NCBI GenBank assembly: GCA_019752815.1
Contig: JAIELQ010000002.1
Coordinates: 4,739-68,738, forward strand
Direction: 5' to 3'
Source: Patescibacteria group bacterium
GTDB taxonomy: Bacteria > Patescibacteriota > Minisyncoccia > Phycocordibacterales > UBA918
Length of the DNA: 64,000 nucleotides
The position numbers were made by a program, and so were the translations under genes. The notes below the pieces were generated by a model. That model did no database searches and was not told the DNA's origin. It was given only the letters and a program-made list of their open reading frames with translations. Of the stretch, positions 38,485-46,765 are shown in pieces; the stretch's first letter is position 1; each line of letters opens with the position of its first letter.

Positions 38485-38601
38485 TATTTTATCGCATCGT
38501 GATAATGGTGTAGATGCGATAAACGATAAGGATTTTCGCTACAGCTACAATGAGACCAAGGTGGTAAATAAAAACGCATACGAGCGATTTTTACCCTCAA
38601 T

Positions 38602-38841
38602 TTATGTCGTCCCCGGGGCTGTTTTGGAAATGTCTCGTTTCGCAATTGAGACTAAGTAACGCAACACCGCCGGTCGCTCATTTTTGGCGTAGTCATCCTT
38701 ATCAACCAGGCGATGAAAATGACGACGAACACTAGCCTCAGTCAGGTTGGTATTTCGGATACTCTCAGCAAAGACGGTGTAGGTACTATAAAACGGGTGC
38801 TTGGTAGCTATCTTCTCATAACGGGATTTAATGTCGTACAT
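38602..38841 (-). CDS. Small putative HTH DNA-binding protein of 79 aa.
   Basis: NLTEASVRRHFHRLV looks like an HTH recognition helix. It is divergent from the Rep-like gene across the iteron region. Confidence 0.3.
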   Translation of the reverse strand: MYDIKSRYEKIATKHPFYSTYTVFAESIRNTNLTEASVRRHFHRLVDKDDYAKNERPAVLRYLVSIAKRDISKTAPGTT

Positions 38842-39026
38842 GCATGATTCGTAGCGGGATTATGTGCTACGAGCCAGATTATCTCAGAGTACTAATTTAC
38901 CCTCAGGCATTCATCGCAGTTACCTTTACTGCTACAAAACTGACTCTGTAGCAACATCCCCGTGTGAGCGCCGGGTTGAGCCCCCAAGAGGCGACCGGCC
39001 GAACAAAGGGGATGCTGCAGTGCCTG

Positions 39027-39075
39027 CTATTAAAAAACGCTGCTATTAAACTTATCTATTAAACTTATTTATTAG
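39027..39075. repeat. Iteron-like tandem direct repeats.
   Basis: CTATTAAACTTAT is repeated perfectly twice (39043-39055 and 39056-39068) with partial copies on each side. Nearby inverted repeats of GAGTA/TACTC lie at 39097-39135. Confidence 0.5.
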
Positions 39076-39172
39076 TATGGAATACGCGACCGTGAGTATT
39101 CTCGTTACTCATGCTTGATCAATCTCGCTACTCATTTTTGGTACTATGGCAAACTAGTTAGCATTACTATTA

Positions 39173-39805
39173 ATGTATAAAGATATGGTTAAATTAATGC
39201 CAGATGAATTTGCTCCAAAAGATTACTTTGCAGATAAAAATGTAGCGGATTACTGGACGATTCCTAAAGGTGTAGCAAAGTGTGAGGCACTATCTTGGGG
39301 TTCAAAAATGCTATATGGAGTAATTTTTGGACTAGCGTACGATAAGAAACAAGCATTTGCTTCATACAAAACGTTGCGTAAGCATTTAGGTAATCCAAGC
39401 CAGGCAACACTACAGCGCTGGCTGAAGGAATTGTTTGATGCGAGATTAATTCGTGCCATTCAGCGCGGACGAGGTGCTACAAACCTATACCGTTTACTAA
39501 AATCACCACTGGTTGGCAACATGACCGACGAGGAATATGCCTTAGGTCCGCAGGTGGTGTATGCAGGGGCTTTAACTGATGAGCCTAAGCTGGTCGACAT
39601 TCAAGAAGCTATCGATCTGTTTGAGATGGAGTATTTCGAGTGGGGAATGAAGAGTACTCTGCCGAGTGACTTTAAGCTACCAAAACCTTACTTCAAAGGA
39701 AGACGAGAAAAAGTAAACACGACTCGCTCATACTGGTTCTGGTATGTTGCAGATAAGTACCTATTCGATTCAGGACTCGCTCTAAGCACCGAGTTTGAGG
39801 AATAA
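39173..39805 (+). CDS. Winged-HTH protein, a putative replication initiator (Rep-like) or element regulator.
   Basis: The central region (YKTLRKHLGNPSQATLQRWLKELFDARLIRAIQRGRGATNLY) looks like a winged HTH. It lies immediately downstream of the iterons. Confidence 0.4.
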   Translation: MYKDMVKLMPDEFAPKDYFADKNVADYWTIPKGVAKCEALSWGSKMLYGVIFGLAYDKKQAFASYKTLRKHLGNPSQATLQRWLKELFDARLIRAIQRGRGATNLYRLLKSPLVGNMTDEEYALGPQVVYAGALTDEPKLVDIQEAIDLFEMEYFEWGMKSTLPSDFKLPKPYFKGRREKVNTTRSYWFWYVADKYLFDSGLALSTEFEE

Positions 39806-39815
39806 TTTGATCTTG

Positions 39816-39844
39816 TTGACAGTAGAAACATTGCCGTTATAAAA
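39816..39844 (+). promoter_or_regulatory. Near-consensus sigma70 promoter driving a long leader.
   Basis: TTGACA-N16/17-TATAAA. No ORF start is found for about 450 nt downstream. Confidence 0.4.
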
Positions 39845-40292
39845 TGCTCGCACGTTAGGTAGTCGCACGAAATGAGACGACCGAGCGTTAGTTCCCCAAT
39901 AGTATGATTCGTAGTTAACCCACGCGGCCTACGAACGGGTAGATGCAGACCGTAACAAAGCATCCGTACGCTAGGTACGTAGCCTCTCTGTCGGTTCGAA
40001 TCCTTTCGCGACAGGGGCGCATGCCCATCATAGCAATGAGGTATGTATCAGTTACGGTTGTCTGTGTTTACTAAGGATTCTGGTGTTAAAGATAAATGCA
40101 TGAAGTCAAGTTCGTGCCGTTATCTTTTGGACTAGATGAAACAATGGAGGGCGTATACCATGCAGTATTCGTGGTAGCCCATTCCCTCCGACGAGAAGAG
40201 ACGTGTCAAATAATTAACAACACCAGCATAGAGCGTGTTTTTAACGCAACACGTAATCCGTGCGTTTCTATTGCTGGTTAAAACTACTCACA

Positions 40293-40634
40293 ATGAACAA
40301 TGTAAAATTTGCTGCTATTTACGTAGCAACACCAGACGGTGACGAGTACGACTTAAACGATCTTGTTGCGATGAACTTATCAAATCTGTTAGCCGACAGC
40401 GGGAAACCTTATTCGAGTCAGGTAATTCTATACATCGATAACGGCTATTATCCATATGGTGATAACCGGCCAGCCCTTAAGGCACTCACTGACGATATTA
40501 ATAGCGGTTTAATCACCGAAGTGTACATGCAGGGTAGGAGCATGCTTCCAGATACCATCGACAACATGTACGGTTTTAGCGCATTGGTAAGGGAAAATGA
40601 CATAAAAATTAGCTTCCTGAATTATGGCGACTAA
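40293..40634 (+). CDS. Degenerate serine-recombinase (resolvase) catalytic-domain protein; predicted inactive.
   Basis: KFAAIYVATPDGDE stands in place of the resolvase aIYaRVSTxxQ motif, so the nucleophile Ser and the Arg are missing. The later segment VYMQGRSMLPDTIDNMYGFSALVRENDIKISFLN parallels the resolvase DRLgRs...GV.f motif. Confidence 0.4.
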   Translation: MNNVKFAAIYVATPDGDEYDLNDLVAMNLSNLLADSGKPYSSQVILYIDNGYYPYGDNRPALKALTDDINSGLITEVYMQGRSMLPDTIDNMYGFSALVRENDIKISFLNYGD

Positions 40635-40806
40635 ATCACGTACTCGGCTCCAAACCTATCTCATGAAGCTGAATCACGTCAGCGACAAGCCCTTAGTAGT
40701 GAAGTACATACGCGATGAAGATGCTTCACTTAAATACCGTCGTGACAATGCTTTGCGCCGCGTTATCGAAATTACTATTGACTACATCAACAAAAACAAA
40801 CTATGA
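40624..40806 (+). CDS. Small basic hypothetical protein of 60 aa; a possible recombination directionality factor.
   Basis: It overlaps both neighbouring genes and lies immediately upstream of the integrase. No homology recognised. Confidence 0.25.
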   Translation: MATKSRTRLQTYLMKLNHVSDKPLVVKYIRDEDASLKYRRDNALRRVIEITIDYINKNKL

Positions 40807-42536
40807 ACAACCTCATTTCGTTAGCTATAGTGCTCGTCTGCATATACCTAAGAACTTCAACTGATAGACAGGAGCGTGATGAGACGATTAAAACTCAACG
40901 CGCAACAATAAAAAGATTCCTTGACTCAAAATATGGTCCGGGTAACTACGAGATTGTTGCTGAGTATGCTGATGATGGATACACCGGTACTAATATGAAT
41001 AGACCGATGTTGCAGCAAATGCTTCAAGACTCTCAAACCGATAAGTGGGACATCCTGGTTACGTTTGATTCAAGCCGTCTATCACGTGACTTCAGCGACG
41101 GTATCACAATCGTAGACAATATAATGCAGGCAGGAAAACAAATTCTTTACACTGACGGAAGCTCACCAAACGGGCGACCTAAACTGTTGAATCGTGTAAT
41201 GGCTGCAGTTGACGATGATGACCGCGAACGAACGGTGCGAAAGTTTCTTGAAGGAAAGAAACATCGTGCTTCACAAGGTCGAATCATGAATAGTGTTAGC
41301 GCATACGGATATACCCTTATTCCAAAGGTGGGATGGCAGGGAAGAGCTGACTATAAAGATACTGAACTAGTTATCAATCCCGATGAGGCTGTAGTTGTGA
41401 AGTTAATTTTTCATCTTGTTGGCAACGAACGCTACTCAGCAAGGCAGGTAATAAAAAAATTGATGGAGCTGGGAATAAAACCTCGCAAGAGTACGCGTGG
41501 CATTTGGGCTCATAGCAGTATCTACAATATGCTCAATAACGAAGTGTATATCGGTAATCTACGCTACGCTTCTTCTATTGCAGTAGAACCCAAGCGACAA
41601 ATTAAACGGCTCCGAAAGAAAAATATTGTAAAAACTAGTCGGATAATAAAGCCACGCAGTGAATGGCAAATCATGAGCGTACCTGCAATTCTTGAGGGAC
41701 AGGAAGGTGTCTTACTCTTTCAACGTGCCCAGGAGCAACTGAGGAGAAATAGACGAGAGGCAAAAGGGAACCGTGATCCCCACAGTTACTTACTCTCAGG
41801 TCGAATTGAATGTAGTTGTGGTTATGCTCGATGTGGCGAAGGTGCAAAAGCCTCGGGCAATCTTTACTACCGTTGCTCAGACAGGGTATCGAACTTTCCT
41901 TTAAGTACCTGTGATGTTGGTGGTGTTCGAGCTATTGATTCTGATGAAGCGGTCTGGCGCTATCTGAGTGCGTTAGTCAGCACCCCCACAGTTTTTCAAG
42001 AAGCTGTTGATGAGTACATGTCTGGATCCATGAGCAAACCAGTTAATGAAGCAGAGCTGGCTATAAGAGCGCTTCAAAAAGAAGAAGAATCACTCATCAA
42101 TGCAAGGACTCGCCTAGAAACTGCACTTCAACGCGGAACACTCGATTACGAACGCTTTGGAGAACTTAATAAAGAAAATAAAGAGAGATTGTCTGAGGTT
42201 AAGGTAAAACTCAATCAGTTGCTTGCTACACAAACTTCGGAAGGTCCGAGCATTGTTGATCCGTATTTAGCGCAGAAAATTGTATTCTACGCACAATCAG
42301 CACTTAGAGACATGAGCTTTGAAGATAAACGTCAATTTGTACTCGACACAGTAACGAAAGTCGTTGCTGTGCCAGGTGAATTGCGTGTAGAAGGAGCACT
42401 ACCCTTAGTTGAGACCTGGTCATACGACGCCATTATCTTGCCTTTACGTCAAAATAAAGCTAAGATTCCGTCACCTTTTTATTATGTCCAGTTCAAAACT
42501 ATCAGTGGGAATTGTTGGACTGCCAAACGTTGGTAA
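40803..42536 (+). CDS. Large serine recombinase (integrase).
   Basis: The catalytic motif VCIYLRTSTDRQ and the motif DSSRLSRD. A recombinase domain, a zinc-ribbon (CSCGYARCG...YYRCSD) and a C-terminal coiled coil give a length of 577 aa. Confidence 0.85.
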   Translation: MNNLISLAIVLVCIYLRTSTDRQERDETIKTQRATIKRFLDSKYGPGNYEIVAEYADDGYTGTNMNRPMLQQMLQDSQTDKWDILVTFDSSRLSRDFSDGITIVDNIMQAGKQILYTDGSSPNGRPKLLNRVMAAVDDDDRERTVRKFLEGKKHRASQGRIMNSVSAYGYTLIPKVGWQGRADYKDTELVINPDEAVVVKLIFHLVGNERYSARQVIKKLMELGIKPRKSTRGIWAHSSIYNMLNNEVYIGNLRYASSIAVEPKRQIKRLRKKNIVKTSRIIKPRSEWQIMSVPAILEGQEGVLLFQRAQEQLRRNRREAKGNRDPHSYLLSGRIECSCGYARCGEGAKASGNLYYRCSDRVSNFPLSTCDVGGVRAIDSDEAVWRYLSALVSTPTVFQEAVDEYMSGSMSKPVNEAELAIRALQKEEESLINARTRLETALQRGTLDYERFGELNKENKERLSEVKVKLNQLLATQTSEGPSIVDPYLAQKIVFYAQSALRDMSFEDKRQFVLDTVTKVVAVPGELRVEGALPLVETWSYDAIILPLRQNKAKIPSPFYYVQFKTISGNCWTAKRW

Positions 42537-43590
42537 ATCAACGTTGTTTACTGCACTCACCAAAAATGAGGTATTAATCGCAAACTACCCATTTGCCACC
42601 ATTGACCCAACCGTGGGTGTAGTCGCTGTGCCTGATAGTCGATTGGCAACATTAGCGGCAATTTCAGGAACCGACAAAATTATTCCAGCGGTAGTTGAGT
42701 TTGTTGATATTGCGGGACTGGTAAAAGGAGCGTCCGCCGGTGAGGGTCTGGGGAACAAATTCCTCGCCAATATTCGCGAAACTGACATGATAGCCGAAGT
42801 AGTGCGGATTTTTGAAGACAGTGATATTCATCACGTGTCAGGTGGGGTAGACCCGTTAGGTGACATTGAAGTAATAAATCTTGAGCTTGTATTCGCTGAT
42901 ACTGAAACTGTAGAAAAGCGACTCGGAACTGTTGAACGCGATGCCAAAAAAGGCGACAAGGACGCTATCGTTGAGCGCGATGTATTGGCTCGTCTCTTGC
43001 CACACCTCCGTAATGGACAGCTCGCAAACACACTCGACATGAGCGCTGAAGAAACAAAGGCTATCAAGGCACTACATCTTTTAACCATGAAGCCGTTTTT
43101 GTATATTTGTAATAAGAAAACTGATGCGTTCAACCTCGATGAACAAAATGATAGCCGCTGGCAAGACCTCCTGCAGTATTTTGAAGAAACAGGTAGTGAG
43201 TATGTAGTGGTTGATGCGGGAATGGAACATGAACTACGTGATTTAAGTGAAGATGAAAAAAATGATTTCCGTCGAGAATACGGCGCTCAAGATAGCGGGG
43301 TAGGGAGCCTTATTCGCGCCTGCTATGACCGTCTAGGTCTCATGAGTTACTTCACAACCGGCGAAAAAGAAACCCGCGCCTGGACCGTTCCAATTGGGAG
43401 CACGGGCCCACGAGCAGCCGCCGCTATTCATACTGATTTTGAGAAAAAATACATCCGCGCCCAGGTTATTACCTTTGAAGACTTAGTAGCAGCCGGCAGT
43501 AAAGCAGTTGCCAAAGAGCAAGGCAAAATGCGCACTGAAGGCAAAGAGTATATCGTCAAAGACGGCGATGTCATCGAGTTTCTCATTTAA
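42484..43590 (+). CDS. ychF: Ribosome-binding ATPase YchF (Obg family GTPase).
   Basis: The G1 motif GIVGLPNVGKST and a C-terminal TGS domain. The start was placed at the internal MSSSKL ATG. Confidence 0.85.
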   Translation: MSSSKLSVGIVGLPNVGKSTLFTALTKNEVLIANYPFATIDPTVGVVAVPDSRLATLAAISGTDKIIPAVVEFVDIAGLVKGASAGEGLGNKFLANIRETDMIAEVVRIFEDSDIHHVSGGVDPLGDIEVINLELVFADTETVEKRLGTVERDAKKGDKDAIVERDVLARLLPHLRNGQLANTLDMSAEETKAIKALHLLTMKPFLYICNKKTDAFNLDEQNDSRWQDLLQYFEETGSEYVVVDAGMEHELRDLSEDEKNDFRREYGAQDSGVGSLIRACYDRLGLMSYFTTGEKETRAWTVPIGSTGPRAAAAIHTDFEKKYIRAQVITFEDLVAAGSKAVAKEQGKMRTEGKEYIVKDGDVIEFLI

Positions 43591-43599
43591 TTTAATCAA

Positions 43600-43630
43600 A
43601 AAATACCCAGGGTACCCTGGGTATTTTTGT
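43600..43630 (+). terminator. Rho-independent terminator.
   Basis: AAAAAATACCCAGGGTACCCTGGGTATTTTTG is a perfect palindrome followed by a T-run. Confidence 0.65.
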
Positions 43631-43776
43631 TTATACTTCGCACATATGCTCTACGGGACTTTCAGAAACGAGTAAAGTTCAAGGCGCGCAAGGAAAATTT
43701 TTCGAGACGTACCCATCGTACGGTGAGAAAAGTTTTACCGCAGTCGCAACGCAGAAGTTTGCCGTTTCTGGAAGTT

Positions 43777-44046
43777 CTAAGACCCTTCCATTGGGGGATT
43801 AGCTCGCTGCACCGGACTCACAATAGTCGGACTCCACTCGGCTTTTACCTCACCGTGTTCCTTTTCGTATTCTTTTAGTTGATGGGTCACATACTGCTGC
43901 AATCGCTTGGCATGTTGCGGGGTGAGCGTGTAAATCGCATTTTGACTGCCGGAACTGAGTCCCATGATAAAAAATTCGGGTGTATAGCCAATATTAATGC
44001 TTTCACAAAATAATTTTGGTGCTCGTTTTAAGTCTTCTGATTTCAT
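43777..44046 (-). CDS. Small hypothetical protein, possibly DUF3467-like.
   Basis: INIGYTPEFFIMG resembles the DUF3467 core. Weak. Confidence 0.35.
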   Translation of the reverse strand: MKSEDLKRAPKLFCESINIGYTPEFFIMGLSSGSQNAIYTLTPQHAKRLQQYVTHQLKEYEKEHGEVKAEWSPTIVSPVQRANPPMEGS

Positions 44047-44071
44047 ATGCTCTCATGGTACAGTATTTAAT

Positions 44072-44695
44072 ATGGATAACGCAAATAATGACCCGTCTAC
44101 TAATGATAAAAATGAACGTTTAGCAGATTTCTTCTTTGAAATCGGTACGATGCGCCGGATTCAACGTATGCTTCGGCAAACACTCCTCGTTGAAGACTCC
44201 TCAGACACTATTGCCTCACACTCGTACCGCGTAACGTTAATTGGTTGGCATCTGGCTAAATTAGCGGGAGCAGACCCGTACAAAGTAGTAATGATGTGCC
44301 TGACCCACGATTTGGGTGAAATTCGTAGTAACGATCATAACTGGGTTCATAAACGGTACGTAAAAATATACGAGGAAGAAATTACCAAAGACCAGCTAGG
44401 GTCACTACCATTTGATGATTTGTACAAAATAAGTCAAGAATACGAAGAGCGAGAGAGTCTGGAATCAAAATTAGCTAAAGACGCCGACATCATTGATCAA
44501 ATTTTACTTCTACGTGAGTATCAATGGCAGGGAAGTATTGAAGCGGGTATCTGGCTTGAGGGTAAACGAGATGAACTGGGTGCCCGACCACTTGATCGGC
44601 TCAAAACACCTGAAGCTCGAGCGCTCGGAGAAACACTCTACGAACGTAATCCTTCTGAATGGTGGAAAGATCTCTGGACGAACAAAAATCGCTAA
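44072..44695 (+). CDS. HD-domain phosphohydrolase (YfbR-like 5'-deoxynucleotidase family).
   Basis: HSYRV...LTHDLGE HD motifs. The start was placed at the internal MDNANND. Confidence 0.6.
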   Translation: MDNANNDPSTNDKNERLADFFFEIGTMRRIQRMLRQTLLVEDSSDTIASHSYRVTLIGWHLAKLAGADPYKVVMMCLTHDLGEIRSNDHNWVHKRYVKIYEEEITKDQLGSLPFDDLYKISQEYEERESLESKLAKDADIIDQILLLREYQWQGSIEAGIWLEGKRDELGARPLDRLKTPEARALGETLYERNPSEWWKDLWTNKNR

Positions 44696-44789
44696 CCTTT
44701 GTTTATATAACTATACTAAGAGTATAGTTGCGTAGAAAAATAACAAGGGTTATGCTGAGTCCTAGAAGTTTTTTATAGAGGGACAGAGC

Positions 44790-45779
44790 ATGTACAGTAC
44801 ACTCGGTACAAAAACGACCAAAACACCAGTCGCACGTCAACGAAATAGTAACGAGCTTGTCATCGGGAGCTGGAACACTTGGTCCGGATGTCTAGCTGAT
44901 ACCCTCGACCATGAAGAAGCAGTGGTTGAGTATACAACTGACTTGGTACGAAACTGTGATTTGCTAGGGCTGTATGAAGTTCATAGGCCTCGTCAAGAGA
45001 TTGACGTACGGTTTGTACAACCACGCGCGCCAAAAGGGCGTCCCGGTCGCATTGATGTCGAACTCCTTAAACGGGTTGAGCGTGTGGTAGCTGACACTCA
45101 CAGCATGGAGTTTGTTGCGCACTTTGGCACCACAGCACTACATGATTGCGAAGCTACAGATTTACCCGTTGACTACGGCAATGCACTCTTTGTTCGCCAT
45201 AGTCTCTTGCAACGTCCGTACAGTTTCGCTCTTGATCGGTTTGTGGTGTATGGTGATGGCAGTCTTAACTCTGAGGATAGCACAACCCTGAAGGGACGTA
45301 CGGCCAGTCGTAAAGGAATGGTTGCTACGGTGCAAATTGGTAAGGAGGCAGTAACCATTGCCTTTGTACACGGACTATGGACCAAAAAAGGTAAAGTGGA
45401 TATTCCGGCTCGAACCGCTCAATCGGCGTGTATCGCACAAGGAATTCTCCATCACCGTAAACGACTTAATCTGAATCCAAAATCAGGAAACATCCTCATT
45501 TTGGGAGATCTCAATTACACCAGTGATCTCGAGGCAATGGCGTATCTCCTCCATAATGAGGATGCGTTTGGCGTAGGTGGCGGAGTTAACCTCACGCCAC
45601 ATATTGATTCAAGAACCAAGTGGTATCCCGAAGATAAACCTACCCGGGAGGCTAACTTTGTTCTGGCTTCGGCGCCTGCAGCTGAGAAAATATCGACAAC
45701 TCACGTTGAAAATGAAGAGGTGCCGTCAGATCATGGCTATACCATGACCATTTATACCATCGCGCCAGGCATACCCTAA
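44790..45779 (+). CDS. Endonuclease/exonuclease/phosphatase (EEP) family protein.
   Basis: LILGDLNY and a C-terminal SDHG motif typical of the EEP fold. Confidence 0.55.
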   Translation: MYSTLGTKTTKTPVARQRNSNELVIGSWNTWSGCLADTLDHEEAVVEYTTDLVRNCDLLGLYEVHRPRQEIDVRFVQPRAPKGRPGRIDVELLKRVERVVADTHSMEFVAHFGTTALHDCEATDLPVDYGNALFVRHSLLQRPYSFALDRFVVYGDGSLNSEDSTTLKGRTASRKGMVATVQIGKEAVTIAFVHGLWTKKGKVDIPARTAQSACIAQGILHHRKRLNLNPKSGNILILGDLNYTSDLEAMAYLLHNEDAFGVGGGVNLTPHIDSRTKWYPEDKPTREANFVLASAPAAEKISTTHVENEEVPSDHGYTMTIYTIAPGIP

Positions 45780-45821
45780 TGCCTGGCGACTTTTTATCTA
45801 TAAAAGGAGTATAATGAATAT

Positions 45822-46715
45822 ATGGAAAATCAAACACCGAAACACTTTGTGTTGCAGTTAGGTTCACTTATTAGTTTATACATATCGCTCGGGTTTCTAC
45901 TCGGATTACTATTTGGCATTATTAATTTAAAATTTCCCGACGCGACCGAAGGGTATTGGGCAATAGAATCTGCCAGTAGTGCAGTCCGGCTTGGTATTGC
46001 GATGGTTGTTGTGTTCTTTCCAACGTATTTGGTGTTAACAAGATTAGTAAACAAGTTACGACGTAAAGAACAAAACAGTTCGTACCTCAATCTTACTAAG
46101 TGGCTGGTCTATTTATCGCTTTTGGTGGGTGGTGGAGTGTTGCTCGGGGATTTGGTAGCTGTGATTATGATGTTTCTTGAAGGTGATGTGACGCAACGAT
46201 TTATTTTTAAAGCCTTAGCAGTACTGGTTGTCGTGGGAATGGCGTTCCACTATTACATTCTCGATGCGCGGGGTTACTGGCTTAAAAATGAAAGCAAGTC
46301 CGTGATGTACGGATACGGAGCCCTCCTCGCTGTATTTATGATTGTTGCACTAGGGTTTTCATACATTGAAACTCCAGCCCAAGTGCGAGAAATGAAGCTT
46401 GATGAGACACAAATTTCTGACTTACAGTCAATCCAATGGAAAGTTGAAGAAGTGCTGACAATGAGTAGTTCGACTCCAGCCAACCTAGAGGAACTCTATG
46501 GTGAGTTTGATGCCCCAACCGCACCCGAAGGTCGTCCCGGGTATATCTACGAACGAACCGATACAGGCTTTAAACTCTGCGCTACCTTCTCTCGAGATAG
46601 TATTCAACCAGAAAATGAGTTTACGCCAAGCTATGACAATGGCATGAAGATTAAAAATCCTGACAACTGGGCCTACAAAGGCGGTGAATACTGTTTCGAC
46701 CGGGTAATAAAATAA
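45822..46715 (+). CDS. Hypothetical membrane protein (four N-terminal TM helices plus a C-terminal soluble domain).
   Basis: Hydrophobicity pattern. Followed by a terminator. Confidence 0.45.
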   Translation: MENQTPKHFVLQLGSLISLYISLGFLLGLLFGIINLKFPDATEGYWAIESASSAVRLGIAMVVVFFPTYLVLTRLVNKLRRKEQNSSYLNLTKWLVYLSLLVGGGVLLGDLVAVIMMFLEGDVTQRFIFKALAVLVVVGMAFHYYILDARGYWLKNESKSVMYGYGALLAVFMIVALGFSYIETPAQVREMKLDETQISDLQSIQWKVEEVLTMSSSTPANLEELYGEFDAPTAPEGRPGYIYERTDTGFKLCATFSRDSIQPENEFTPSYDNGMKIKNPDNWAYKGGEYCFDRVIK

Positions 46716-46726
46716 GTTACCATTCT

Positions 46727-46758
46727 TAAAAACACCTGGCATCAGCCAGGTGTTTTCT
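46727..46758. terminator. Bidirectional rho-independent terminator.
   Basis: AAAAACACCTGGC-ATCA-GCCAGGTGTTTTCT between convergent genes. Confidence 0.55.
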
Positions 46759-46765
46759 ATTTGGT

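Larger units (their letters stand above)
21900..42536. mobile_element. Putative integrated mobile element ending at a large serine recombinase next to ychF; the left boundary is uncertain and approximate.
   Basis: The right end is a large serine recombinase whose ORF overlaps the ychF start. The interior carries an HU-like gene, an FtsK-gamma protein, defence cargo, an iteron/Rep-like module and a degenerate resolvase. Flanking genes (sppA, ychF) are housekeeping. Confidence 0.4.

Noticed and set aside
38864-39075. A possible tmRNA or tag-peptide-like signal (GGGGAUGCUG..., repeated GCTATTAAA) and a 61-aa ORF.
   Set aside because: No tRNA-like acceptor/T-arm pairing and no resume-codon/tag reading frame are present. 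The repeats are better explained as iterons, and the ORF lacks an RBS.
40096-40281. A 61-aa ORF within the long leader downstream of the consensus promoter.
   Set aside because: It has no RBS and no conservation cues. The region is more consistent with an untranslated leader or RNA.
43627-43878. An 83-aa plus-strand ORF after ychF.
   Set aside because: It begins inside the ychF terminator and overlaps the minus-strand DUF3467-like gene. It has a basic/Arg-rich spurious composition.
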